Positions 44,596 to 55,211 of a DNA stretch of 64,000 bases are shown here, piece after piece. Source of the DNA: Naegleria gruberi (lineage: Eukaryota); NCBI GenBank assembly GCA_000004985.1, contig GG738898.1; one strand, 5' to 3'. A program made the translations under genes and the position numbers. The notes beneath the pieces are model-generated. The model saw nothing but the letters and a program-made list of their open reading frames with translations, searched no databases and was not told the origin of the DNA. How positions within the stretch are numbered: position 1 is the first letter of the stretch; each line of letters begins with the position of its first letter.

Positions 44596-45474
44596 TTAAT
44601 GGCTAGTATTGATAGAAGTGGAATCAAAGACGTGTTCATTCACTAATTGTTGGTACACTTCCCTCAACCTGTGATATTCCTTAATGCAGAAAATGATAGC
44701 ATGACTCACTTTGGAAATGTCAGATCTCATCAAATCAGATCCAGGTGGTTTTAGTATATTCATCCCCCAAATGAAAGCTAGATTGGATTCTGTCATTCTG
44801 GATGTTTCAATATTTGGTGGTTCTGATATTTTCCGTAAGAGAGAAAGTAAACTGATGAATAGTGATCTATTGCAAGGTGGAAGAGCAATGAAAAGCTTTT
44901 TCATAAATTCTCTGGCTTGTTCTGTATTTTCCATACTCGACAATTTAGTCCAATCATTGTATCCTTCATAGGTCAGAAGTGGATCTGGTAATTCTCTAAT
45001 ATACTTTTTCAGTAAACTTGCAACAGTGTTACAAGAGTAGGTTTTCAAATTTACTACTATTCCCGAGTCTACATCCTTAACAATCTTATCAATTTCCACA
45101 GATGACCCAGGTACTCTGAAAATTCCTTCCTTATCAACAAATTTCTCCAATCTCTCAAAACAGTGATAAGCTATCAGAGGTATTCTGGTAAATTCATTTC
45201 TATCATTGTAGGTTGTTATGGCTTGGTCGTGTTTTTCAATGATGGTTGTTTTTCTTCTGAGTTTTTTCGGTTTGTCTTTCGAGTCGTGTGTTGAAGGTCG
45301 TTCATCTTCCATCTCGAGACATTCCCTTCTCACAACCAGTTCCAGGGATACTTTAAATATGCTCAAATCTAGTGTCAAATCATGATCCTTTTCCCTTGTT
45401 AATAAATCCTGTTTATCGGATGACTTTTTAGAAGATGGCTGCTTGGCAAATAAATTCCTAAAGAATGATATCAT
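44596..45474 (-). CDS. Rho GTPase-activating protein (RhoGAP domain)
   Basis: EGIFRVPGSSVEIDKI...LLKKYIRELPDPLLTYEGY matches the RhoGAP signature, including the arginine-finger context GIFR. The ORF is open from 45732, but the upstream 86 codons are hydrophobic low-complexity sequence. The ATG at 45474..45472 (MISFFRNLFAKQ...) is the more plausible start. Confidence 0.75.
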   Translation of the reverse strand: MISFFRNLFAKQPSSKKSSDKQDLLTREKDHDLTLDLSIFKVSLELVVRRECLEMEDERPSTHDSKDKPKKLRRKTTIIEKHDQAITTYNDRNEFTRIPLIAYHCFERLEKFVDKEGIFRVPGSSVEIDKIVKDVDSGIVVNLKTYSCNTVASLLKKYIRELPDPLLTYEGYNDWTKLSSMENTEQAREFMKKLFIALPPCNRSLFISLLSLLRKISEPPNIETSRMTESNLAFIWGMNILKPPGSDLMRSDISKVSHAIIFCIKEYHRLREVYQQLVNEHVFDSTSINTSH

Positions 45475-45786
45475 TGTTGCTATTGCTATTGTTGTTGTTA
45501 AATATATTTGGAAATATTTATGCTGTTGTTGTTGATGATATTGTGGTGGTGTGAAATGGTAGTGTACAATAAAAATCCACACAAGTATCAAATCTAAGAG
45601 TGTAAGAGTGTGTATCAAGAGCACGACGTTAAGACACAGAGAAGGTTGTGTGAGAATTTTTTCCTTTGTGTATATTGAGGTGATAAAATTCGGGGTCGTG
45701 CAAAATAGTGTGATGGATTGGGAAAGAAACAATTATGGACAGTGAATGCATTTGTTGTGGTTCAAGCCGGCTGGCTTGATGGTATT

Positions 45787-48700
45787 CTATCTTTTCTGTT
45801 GCAGTTCGATAAATTTTCGAAGACCTTTAAAGTTGGGAAGTGGCTGAAGTTGGTTGAGGTTTAGCGACCTTAGAATGGAATTGACTTCTGAGAAGTGTAC
45901 ATTTGGAGGGTTGAGTTGAGGTTGGTGATCGAATATGAATGGTTCAATAGTGAGATTTTCACCAAGGTTCAAGTGCAATAAGCATTCATCATTAGGTGTT
46001 GATAGAACCTCAATGAAAGGGAAGATTGAAGAGTGCATAATTCTCTGATGAAGAGAAATCGAAAAAAGGAAAATTCCATTCATGGTGAAGTAAACCTCAC
46101 CTTGCTCTGTCAAACCACATCCAATTGTATCTCCACAATGTGCAATTATTTCCAATTCCTTATAAAGTATTTCCTTTTTATCGGCAGACATTATACAGCC
46201 GAATCCTTCCTGTGCCTGAAATGCATATTTTCTATCAACACAATTATTCTCACTAATGTTTGATCTGGCCATCAGTCCAATAGAAACCTTGGAGGATATC
46301 AATCGATGGATTTGAACTTCATAGTAGAATACAGTTTTCATGGAGGGTTTTCTAATGTTGGCAGATGGATTACCAAATCGCCTAGTTTCTGCAATTTCTG
46401 GTTGGAAAAAGAAGAGAGAATCTTTGGTGGTTAGTGACATTTTGGTAGCTCTAGAAGAAACAAAGTGTAGAGTTCGTTCATTATCCAATACCTTGAGTGG
46501 TGATCCTTGAAGATTTACAAGGTGTGAAAAATCTGCTTTGGTTTCAATAGGTACTGGACTATAGTTTCCAAGGTAGTGGTTGATGAGCTCTTTTTCATTT
46601 CCAAGAGTACTGTTTGGATGGTTATCAAAGTGGAAAACCTTGATATCGTTAGGATTCAAATTGTTACAGAGTAAATGATAAATCAATGTTTGTCTATCAA
46701 CGTAGGAGTAATTTTTCAAAAGGCCGAAAGTTAACAGACCACTACCGGTTGGAATGAGATAGTACATGCTATTTGGAAGTCCACATACATTATTATCTCC
46801 AACTATTGCCCCGAATTTCGTATTTCCAATTGTATGGTAGGTTGTAAACTTTTCAAGACTGAAGAAATCATAGAGGAAATTATTCATTACTCCTAGTACT
46901 CTATCTGCAGCACTCTCATCACCAGTGTCAAGAGCCAAGTTCAGTATCTTGGCAAGTTTTTGCCACACTGGTTTGATGATTGCTCTTCTGTGATGGAAAG
47001 GAATCTCATTGAAAACCTCGACTAGTATTGGCTCGATATTGTAATTTGGAGAAAGTAGAGTGGCATAGCCTGGTTCAATGAGTGAAATGTATGTATAGAT
47101 TCCTCTCAATAATTGAGTCTTTTTCTCTGAAAGTGGATCTGAAGATCTGCCAATTTTGCTTTGATTTCTTTCGAGCCACAAACAATAACCAACACGAGTT
47201 GACTTGTCATATTTGCAAAGGAAGAAGATTATTTTCAAGCAGGAAAGGGTGAAGAAAAATTCTGGACTATGGAAAACCTTGGCATGGATAAAATTCAAAA
47301 TACAAGTTGTGGAATATCTTCCCAATTCGTCAACAAGTAAGGAGGAGGTTTCATTTCTCATTTCTCTGATTATTCTCTTAATGTGTCTCTTATCTGTTTG
47401 ATTGTCATAGTATGTGAGTACTTGAGAAATTATACTCAGTGTGCTCTTGAAAATCTCATCATACATCTCATTCAACTCTACACTTGACTCTGTGTGAGCT
47501 CGATCTGAGAATAATTTTCTGGAAATGTAGAACATCAAAACGGGGAGGACTCTATACTCTGACATTAATTCGCAACATTTCTGCCGTAATTTTTCATTGG
47601 AGAGCAAGTCTTTCATGCCAAGAATGGATTTCTTAACAAAAAGACTGCTTGTGTCAAGTCCACTCAAAAATCCTAACAAGGATTCCGGCTTACTGAGAAT
47701 ATTCAACAATTGAGATGAGTCATTCTCAAAGATGAATCTCCATGTTTGTATGACTGGGTGTTCTAATAGTTCAGCTGCACTTTTTCTTTCCTCCCTAGCA
47801 CACACCATCATTTTCACAATTCTTTTTGATCCAATGTCAAATACATGTTCATGAATAAACTCAAAGTAGTGATTCGAACGCATAAATAACCAAAAGTCAA
47901 TATTATACCGTCTTGCTCTTTGATCGATTAATTGTTGGAAATCCTTCACAGTTAAAGTAGCCGAAACTTGCATAAAGATAATTCCTAGACTGTAAACATC
48001 AACTTTGTAATCATATTCAGCTCCAGGTTTAACCTCAGGAGCAACATAGGCCCGAGTACCACAAATAGTTGATGTAGAGTTTTGATGAACAAGTTGCTTA
48101 GCAAGACCAAAATCAATAATTTTCAAAGTAATCTTTCTAATTTCTTCCTCAAAATTATTCTTTAAATTATCAGAATCATATTGCACAATAATGTTTTGCG
48201 GTTTCAAATCTCTGTGAATAACCTTATTTTGATGGAGATAATTCATGACTTCGAGTAATTTGATGAACCATGAGAATCTGACATCCATGGTCAAAGTTTT
48301 GAGACCCTTACTTTCCTTTGTAATTTCATTCAAATCAGAAATAAACTGATCCAATATTTTACCACTACAATATTCCATAAGAATGCAGTAGTATCTCTTG
48401 TTAATGTCCATGAATGAGTCATAATATTTCACAATATTTGGATGATCCAGCATCATCATTAATTTCACTTCCTTTTCCTGATAGTCATTGATTGTGATTC
48501 TTTTTAGAGCAAAAATTCTATTGGTTCCAACTTGGACAACTCTGAATACAGTTCCATAAGATCCTTCTCCTAACTGCTCAAGTAGTTGGAAGGATTTTGT
48601 TTTCTTGNNNNNNNNNNNNNNNNNNNNNNNNNNNNNNNNNNNNNNNNNNNNNNNNNNATCGAAAGAGTTTGCGTTTCCGTTCATTACAAAATTCTTTTGG

Positions 48701-49941
48701 AAATTTGATGATGAATGAGATTTCTTTGAGGAGTGAGTTTTGCTTGTTTCAGAAGGTTTCGTCTCAATTTCTGATAGGCCCATGAGATCATACTCATCAT
48801 CATTGTCTGCAGTACTTCTTCTACCATCTTGAGGTTCGGATTTACCAGATCCCTCATCACTCACAAACAGAACATCACTATTGAAATCATGATTAACTTG
48901 TTGCTGAGGATTGGATGTAGTAGAAGGTTTAGATGCATGTAAAAATGCATTACTTTTAAAAGGTGAAGATCCAAAATCAATATCCATCTCATCAAATTCA
49001 TCCTGTGTTATTGGTGTGATCATGAAATTAGGTGTCGTGTTTTGAACTGGTTGTTGGATTGGTGAATGTATTGTATTAATGTTGAACGATCCAAAATTCT
49101 GATCAATATCATACCTCTCATCATCGTCGTCATCAATGAGATCGAACGATTCGAGGGCATCGTTTGGATTTGGCTTTTTAGGCACTGAGCTATAAGCAGG
49201 AGTTACACTAAAAGCAGGTGAAATTACAGAGATAGGTTGAGAATTTTTTGAAGACATGAATTCATCATCATCCTCATCGTCTTCCTCAATAACGAAAGAA
49301 TCGACTAGTTTCGTATTGGCAAGATTACTTCTTATTGTTCCTGTTGTCGAATATGAATTTGATGGAGATGGAACATAACTATTCGAAGGAGATTGAACAT
49401 ACAATGGAGATGGAGTAAACGTGAGAGGCACTTGTGGATAGTTATGATGATTGTGAAATTGACTCGGAAAATATGCTTGTTGTTGGTTTGTATTTACATT
49501 TCTCGTATTATTATGTTGTTGATGATTAAGAAAGAGAGGTGGAGATGATGATGTAGTATTTGTTTGTGGAAAACCATTTTGATTCGGCTGTTGTTGATTA
49601 GAATTTGGATGGAACACAAAATTATTATTCATCATGAATGGTGGCAATGTTTGACCGCCATTCATCATTTGATTATTGCCAATCAATGGAGAACCCATCA
49701 TTATTCTCGTGTTCGGTGAAGAAGCAGGTGAAGAAGTATTCGAATCTGCAGAGTTTCGTCCATTCATCGAAGGAGACGATGAAGGAGAAACTAGAATAGC
49801 CTTCCTCCTCTGTCTTCCACCTCCTACCTTTGGACTTGATGAATTAGGTGGTGATATCGAAGAAGCTCCTCCTCCACTTGATGATGACGAAGGCTGTATG
49901 AAATTCCTATTCGGTGATGTTGGATATCCATTCATGATCAT
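45787..49941 (-). CDS. Large protein kinase (about 1384 aa) with a low-complexity N-terminus, a central kinase domain, a long middle region and a C-terminal SPRY/B30.2-like domain. It contains a 50-N gap.
   Basis: The kinase motifs are LGEGSYGTVFRV, IFALKRI, HRDLKPQNIIV, DFGLAK and VAPE. The C-terminal FYYEVQIHRL...VSIGLMARS...GFGCIMSADKKEIL...GDTIGCGLTEQGEVYFTMNGIFL has the SPRY pattern (YyFEV.i...gv.iGl.........G....g.w.....g........f..GDviGc..d...g...Ft.NG). The N-run 48608..48657 lies inside the ORF, which stays in frame across it. Confidence 0.8.
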   Translation of the reverse strand: MIMNGYPTSPNRNFIQPSSSSSGGGASSISPPNSSSPKVGGGRQRRKAILVSPSSSPSMNGRNSADSNTSSPASSPNTRIMMGSPLIGNNQMMNGGQTLPPFMMNNNFVFHPNSNQQQPNQNGFPQTNTTSSSPPLFLNHQQHNNTRNVNTNQQQAYFPSQFHNHHNYPQVPLTFTPSPLYVQSPSNSYVPSPSNSYSTTGTIRSNLANTKLVDSFVIEEDDEDDDEFMSSKNSQPISVISPAFSVTPAYSSVPKKPNPNDALESFDLIDDDDDERYDIDQNFGSFNINTIHSPIQQPVQNTTPNFMITPITQDEFDEMDIDFGSSPFKSNAFLHASKPSTTSNPQQQVNHDFNSDVLFVSDEGSGKSEPQDGRRSTADNDDEYDLMGLSEIETKPSETSKTHSSKKSHSSSNFQKNFVMNGNANSFDXXXXXXXXXXXXXXXXXKKTKSFQLLEQLGEGSYGTVFRVVQVGTNRIFALKRITINDYQEKEVKLMMMLDHPNIVKYYDSFMDINKRYYCILMEYCSGKILDQFISDLNEITKESKGLKTLTMDVRFSWFIKLLEVMNYLHQNKVIHRDLKPQNIIVQYDSDNLKNNFEEEIRKITLKIIDFGLAKQLVHQNSTSTICGTRAYVAPEVKPGAEYDYKVDVYSLGIIFMQVSATLTVKDFQQLIDQRARRYNIDFWLFMRSNHYFEFIHEHVFDIGSKRIVKMMVCAREERKSAAELLEHPVIQTWRFIFENDSSQLLNILSKPESLLGFLSGLDTSSLFVKKSILGMKDLLSNEKLRQKCCELMSEYRVLPVLMFYISRKLFSDRAHTESSVELNEMYDEIFKSTLSIISQVLTYYDNQTDKRHIKRIIREMRNETSSLLVDELGRYSTTCILNFIHAKVFHSPEFFFTLSCLKIIFFLCKYDKSTRVGYCLWLERNQSKIGRSSDPLSEKKTQLLRGIYTYISLIEPGYATLLSPNYNIEPILVEVFNEIPFHHRRAIIKPVWQKLAKILNLALDTGDESAADRVLGVMNNFLYDFFSLEKFTTYHTIGNTKFGAIVGDNNVCGLPNSMYYLIPTGSGLLTFGLLKNYSYVDRQTLIYHLLCNNLNPNDIKVFHFDNHPNSTLGNEKELINHYLGNYSPVPIETKADFSHLVNLQGSPLKVLDNERTLHFVSSRATKMSLTTKDSLFFFQPEIAETRRFGNPSANIRKPSMKTVFYYEVQIHRLISSKVSIGLMARSNISENNCVDRKYAFQAQEGFGCIMSADKKEILYKELEIIAHCGDTIGCGLTEQGEVYFTMNGIFLFSISLHQRIMHSSIFPFIEVLSTPNDECLLHLNLGENLTIEPFIFDHQPQLNPPNVHFSEVNSILRSLNLNQLQPLPNFKGLRKFIELQQKR
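48608..48657. other. Assembly gap (50 N) inside the kinase-SPRY gene
   Basis: N-run. Confidence 0.99.
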
Positions 49942-49980
49942 ATATGTAGGTTGATGATTTAGAGGTGATTTGTATTATAA

Positions 49981-50008
49981 TTATTAATTATTAATTATTA
50001 ATTATTAT
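49981..50008. repeat. Short tandem repeat (AATTATT)x4 in the intergenic region
   Basis: Four perfect heptamer copies, read directly from the sequence. Confidence 0.8.
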
Positions 50009-50744
50009 GAATATTAAAATTATTATCGTGATTGAGATCAAATTAAGAAGGATTCGGCTGATGAGTTTTTTCAAGTTCTTGATTGGGTTTGATTGGGTTG
50101 ATAAAGTTATTGTCCCAATTATTGATGATGAATGGATAAATGAAGATGATGAAGATCCGACGTTTGTTGTTAGATCCAATTAATAAATTGCTTATAACAA
50201 CAATAAATTTCTGTGTTTCTCTGACTGCTACTTGAAATAATAATATTGTTGGTGTTTGATGACAAGAGCACTTGCCCAATTTTCTTCATTTGGCTTCAAA
50301 TGTTTCTTGTTCGTATTTTCTTCCACTTCTTGCTGGTTCTTGTTGTTGGTTATAATCGATTGATTGCTTGTTCAATCCTCTTCTATTGTTGATGAAGAGA
50401 GGACTAACTGGAAGGAACTGTTGCGTATGTCGGTTTTTTATGTGTTTTCTTTTGGAAGGTCACAATTATTTTCTAATGTTAGTGTTGAAAGGTTTAGTTT
50501 ATTAGATAATAATACAAACTAATTTCCAATGTTCAGCCCTGGTCGAAACTCCATCAATTAAAACTGGATCCTCTGAAACCATCACGACAACTTGAGGTTC
50601 CTGATATTAAGATCAATGCTTTTGTGTCTTTGGCCAATCAACCAAATCAAAGAATCTCATTCCCTTACAAAAGCATTTGATGGAGGTGGATCTTGTTAAC
50701 AACTAAAAATAATTTTTAAATAATTAAATCAAACTATTCAATAT

Positions 50745-52361
50745 TTATTCATCCTTAGCTTCCTTCTTTACGAATGCTTGCTTCTTTTTGTGATGGTTTC
50801 TTCTCTTATTTGGTTGTTTTTGTTCACCTCCTTCTGTTGTGGCTGTAGTGGTAGCAGTGGAAGATGAAGCTGAGCTAGTTGTTGACTCACTCTTTTCTGT
50901 TGAGCTAGATGCTCCCTTTTGTGTTGCAGGAGCCTTAGTATGATGCTTGGATGGTTTCTTTCCATTTGATGTTGATGTTGTTGCTACAGGTGTGGATTTA
51001 TCACCAAGTTGCTTAATATAGTTAAGAATATCTTTAGAGAACTTTCCCCATTCTTTATCTCCAATATCCAATTCCTTTCTCAAGGCTTTTTCGTCTGTGA
51101 GTGATAATCCTCTTTGTTTCATCTTCAAGACAGCATCTTTAACTTGACCCTTTTTGACATCATCAAATTTTTGCCAGTGAACTTCTTCGACATCAGCAGA
51201 CTTGACTTTGTACATGTTACGAGTAACAAGATAACCTTCAGAGTCCAACAAATATAATACATGGCCTTCAATGGCAAAGTGTTCATACTCATACTTGTGT
51301 TTAAGATTGTGTTGCTTTCTATACTCTTCATTCATCTTCAAGCTATCAGCTTGGAGCATCTTGCACAATTTCACACAACTGGCATGGGATTGATATGGAT
51401 AATACTTGATTGGACCAAATTCTTCCATTCCCTTAACTTTCATACATGGCTTGATCTTACCATTGGAGAACCCATAGAATAGTGGCTTCAAATCAACTCC
51501 AAATTCATATTTAACCAAGTGAGGAAGAGTGTTACCACAAACTTCGAATGAAATGCATTGAACACTTGGATTATTTAAAAATTCTTGAATATGAGGACTG
51601 TAGTGTGGATTGGCTGTATCATTGTGAATCTTGAGCAATTCATCTCTCAAACTCAATTCTTCATACTTTCCGATAAATTGATCCAAATGCAATGCAGTTA
51701 AAGTACTCGATAAAAAGTTACCAAAATCAGTGTCTGTCAATGTTGGCATACCCTTGGTCTTACCACTGATATATTCATTACCATCCTTATCATGATATTT
51801 AAACAAGAGAATATTGGTTCCATTCCACTTTTCGGAAATGTAATAAGAATCAATTTTTTCTTCCTCTTCAAACTTTTCAACATAATTATCAAAAGACTTA
51901 TTGTAGGCATATTTAAGCTTTGGTGTGGCATAGATGAATTCTCTCTTATCTGTTGTTTCATCCTTCAATGATTGTCCGTTTACACTGACAACATACAAAC
52001 TACCTCCAATTGGTCCATCACGCTTGCAAATAAATCCAAAGATTGATTGCTTATCCAAAATACTAAAAGAACGAACATCAAACTTTGGAGATTTGCACTT
52101 GAATACATTAAAGCAAACATCCTTGGTCTCGGAATACTCTGGAATAAATCTTTGTTTTTTCAAACCTGTTCCATCTTGTGCTTCATCTTCAGCTGTTTGT
52201 TCTTCCTCTTCTTTTTGTTCTTCAGCCGATGATGATGATGCTGCTAATTGTTGTTGTTCTACTTCAGACATTATTCTTTTGGTTCTTAAGACGATCGATA
52301 TCGTTGTATTTTTTTTAATGTAATTGGAATCATCATGAAGACTTCTTATGAACTTGTTCAA
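50745..52361 (-). CDS. Rnl-type polynucleotide (RNA) ligase-like nucleotidyltransferase with a Lys/Ser/Thr-rich C-terminal tail
   Basis: A 538-aa ORF. The probable start is the ATG at 52271 (MSEVEQQQ...). Motif I-like YYISEKWNGTNILLF resembles EKIHGTNF of Rnl2/REL1 and K.NG of Trl1, which is the lysine-adenylylation motif. The C-terminus is basic. Confidence 0.5.
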   Translation of the reverse strand: MNKFIRSLHDDSNYIKKNTTISIVLRTKRIMSEVEQQQLAASSSSAEEQKEEEEQTAEDEAQDGTGLKKQRFIPEYSETKDVCFNVFKCKSPKFDVRSFSILDKQSIFGFICKRDGPIGGSLYVVSVNGQSLKDETTDKREFIYATPKLKYAYNKSFDNYVEKFEEEEKIDSYYISEKWNGTNILLFKYHDKDGNEYISGKTKGMPTLTDTDFGNFLSSTLTALHLDQFIGKYEELSLRDELLKIHNDTANPHYSPHIQEFLNNPSVQCISFEVCGNTLPHLVKYEFGVDLKPLFYGFSNGKIKPCMKVKGMEEFGPIKYYPYQSHASCVKLCKMLQADSLKMNEEYRKQHNLKHKYEYEHFAIEGHVLYLLDSEGYLVTRNMYKVKSADVEEVHWQKFDDVKKGQVKDAVLKMKQRGLSLTDEKALRKELDIGDKEWGKFSKDILNYIKQLGDKSTPVATTSTSNGKKPSKHHTKAPATQKGASSSTEKSESTTSSASSSTATTTATTEGGEQKQPNKRRNHHKKKQAFVKKEAKDE

Positions 52362-52547
52362 GATGACGGTTCAAAGTCAGAGATGCACAAAATTGCAGCG
52401 TAAAGGGAAATGGTGAGGCATGCAAATTTTAGAGTAAACTTCAAAAGATTGCAAAAACAAAGTGAGTGATTATAATAGAAAATGATGCATTTTCAAAGAC
52501 AGAGTTTATGTACATGAATGAGGATTTGTTTAATAGAGTATTTACAT

Positions 52548-54281
52548 TTATTCTTCATCATTTTCAACTTCGACAATATTTTCATCATCCACAAGTACGT
52601 CCATGACATCTTCAACATCTTCGACCTTTTCTTCAGTAAAGATCATTTGCTTTTCTGCCAAGTTTCTATAGATACCTTGTGGAATCTTAATGAGCTCGCT
52701 GTGAGTGCCCTTTTCTTTCATGACACCCTTAACTAAGACACAGATAACATCTGAATTAATGACAGTTGTCAATCTGTGAGCAATACAAATGGTTGTTCTT
52801 CCCTTCATCAATTCATCCAAAGCAGCTTGAACTAATCTTTCAGATTCAGTATCGAGAGCAGATGTGGCTTCATCCAATAAGAGAATCTTTGGATCTTGCA
52901 AGAGAGCTCTTGCAATGGCAATTCTTTGTTTTTGACCACCAGACAAGGAAACACCCTTTTCACCCAAAATAGTGTCATACTTTTCAGGCAAATCCATAAT
53001 AAAGCTGTGAGCATTAGCTCTCTTGGCAGCATTTTCAACTTGTTCCATGGTGACAACTTTACCAGATTCGACACTATCATTAGGACCTAACAAGGCATAG
53101 GCAATGTTATATTTGATTGTTCCAGCAAATAATACAGGTTCTTGTGAGACAATACCCAAACAATTTCTGTGCAACCACATTGGATCGAGCTCAGCAACAT
53201 CAACTCCATCAATCTTAATTGTACCCTTATTTGGAGTATAGAATTTTTCTAAAAGACCTACAATGGTTGACTTGCCTGAACCTGATGGACCAACCAAAGC
53301 AATTTGTTGACCAGATTTGATATCCAAACTGAAATCAGTCATGACATTAGTATTTGGACGAGATGGGTAAGCGAAATCAACTCCAGTAATTTCAATATCA
53401 CCCTTAACTTGTTCAATCTTCTTACCACCCATGAATGGAATGGCTGGTTCTCNNNNNNNNNNNNNNNNNNNNNNNNNNNNNNNNNNNNNNNNNNNNNNNN
53501 NNGACATTGTATGTGAGAACAGAAAGTAAGTGGTGAGGTACTGACAAGAATGAGAGCCATTCTCCAATTGACAGTCATACTCAAAATGAAACCAACAATA
53601 AATTGAATGATTTCTTGCATGAAAATGAAGAATTCGTTTGTGTAAACATCTTGAATCTTTGGAATATCTTCACTGAGAACTACAGTGACACTACCAATCT
53701 TCTTAATATCGAAGAAACTCATTTCTTGTTTAGCCAATGCTGACATGTAAGCTCTTCTCATTGAAGTTCCCAATCTGGCATTTGACAATTGCAAGAAGAA
53801 ATGTTGCATACCGAAAGCAGCCATACCACAGAATGTAAGAATAGTGAGCTTTTTACAGAGATCGTCAACTGCTTCATAAGCAAGAGCTGTTTTCTGTTCT
53901 GTTGTTAAGGTTGATGATGTGGCATTTGCAAAACTGTCAATCAAATCTCCCAAAATATATTGAACAACTAGAATAAGGTTAATACTATTTGAAATTCGAA
54001 TACTATTACTACATACTAATAGGAATCAAACCATAAGCCATTGCACCAATACATCCAATAGCGATCAGTAAACAATTCCATCCAAAAATTCTCAACATGT
54101 GTAAATGAGAGAAGAAACCAATCTTTGGTTCTCTGTCATCTTTGATTTCATCACCAACTGGTTGTTGTTTCTTTGATTTCTTTGAAGTGTCATCTCTTTT
54201 TCTTCTCCTAATGATACGTTGTCTTCTTGTTGGTTGTTGCACTTCTTCCTTATTTTCAGGATTATCACTTTGAGCTGGCAT
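52548..54281 (-). CDS. Half-size ABC transporter, ABCB-type (TMD-NBD). It has 2 exons with a 49-nt intron at 53968..54016, and contains a 50-N gap.
   Basis: Exon 1 (54281..54017) reads MPAQSD...basic RRQRIIRRRKR...first TM helix...GLIPI + A, with the donor GTATGT. The acceptor is TTCTAG. Exon 2 (53967..52548) holds the TM helices and the NBD, with Walker A GQQIALVGPSGSGKST, the signature LSGGQKQRIAIARALL, Walker B ILLLDEATSALD and the H-loop TTICIAHRL. The N-run 53453..53502 splits the ORF track into two frames. Confidence 0.85.
53453..53502. other. Assembly gap (50 N) inside the ABC transporter gene
   Basis: N-run. Confidence 0.99.
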
Positions 54282-55211
54282 GTTGAAATTCTCTCGAGTC
54301 TGTTATGTTTACTAATAAATTAAATGTTGATGATTATATATACAATATGAACACACGAGCTGATTAAGCACTTGTTGTTGTTTGTTTTTTTTCAATTTGA
54401 ATATTGGAGTTGTTCTATCTTCGCTTTTGATTTAAATGTTTCATCTAATGTGCGAAAAGAGAGTCACGACAATCAGTACAAATTGGTAAACAGTCCCATA
54501 ACTGAGGCAGTTGTAAATTGTGTCCTGCAGAAGCAAGTGAAAACAGTTAGAAGCCTCGATTCTTTTGTGGATTCTTCCTACGATTGACTGCAGGAAGAAT
54601 AAAAAAACCTCAATATTAGTTGACAATTATTGAAAAGAGATGATATCCATGTTATCTACAACATTCAATATATTTCGATACCTTCTCTTCCTCAATAATA
54701 AAACCCTCTAATGCGCATCAAAACAACTGAGAATAGCACATAACTATGCTCTCATCGATTTAATCGAAGTAGGACAAATAATTTTCTAAACGACCTATGA
54801 AGAGAATCTTGCATTTTCTAACCGAGAGGACGTGCAAACTTTTTACGAGGGAAATTTAAAAAACTATGAAAGAGGGGTTTTAGAAAACTATAAAACCGAA
54901 CAAGGTCATATTACTTCCGAAACGCGAATTGAAAATGCCATAGGATAAAGATGGACTACTAACCATATTGAGTATTTGTCCAGAAGAAATGCAATGTTTG
55001 AGGACCTTATCCTCATCCATTAATGCAAGATGATGATGATTAAGGTGTTATTGTCGTAAAAGTTATCCATGCCAATCCATGTTTGATTCTAATAACCATA
55101 AACTAATGTTCAGCACTTAATCAATTTTATTTGCCGTTATCGCTTTGCCTCAGTCTTTGAAATGAAAACAAAATGATTTGAGATTTGTGAAATTTTAACC
55201 ATATTTGAAGT

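Noticed and set aside
45475-45732. 86-codon hydrophobic extension upstream of the RhoGAP start
   Set aside because: Low-complexity sequence with poly-Leu, Ile, Thr and Gln runs and no domain. The internal ATG at 45474 is preferred.
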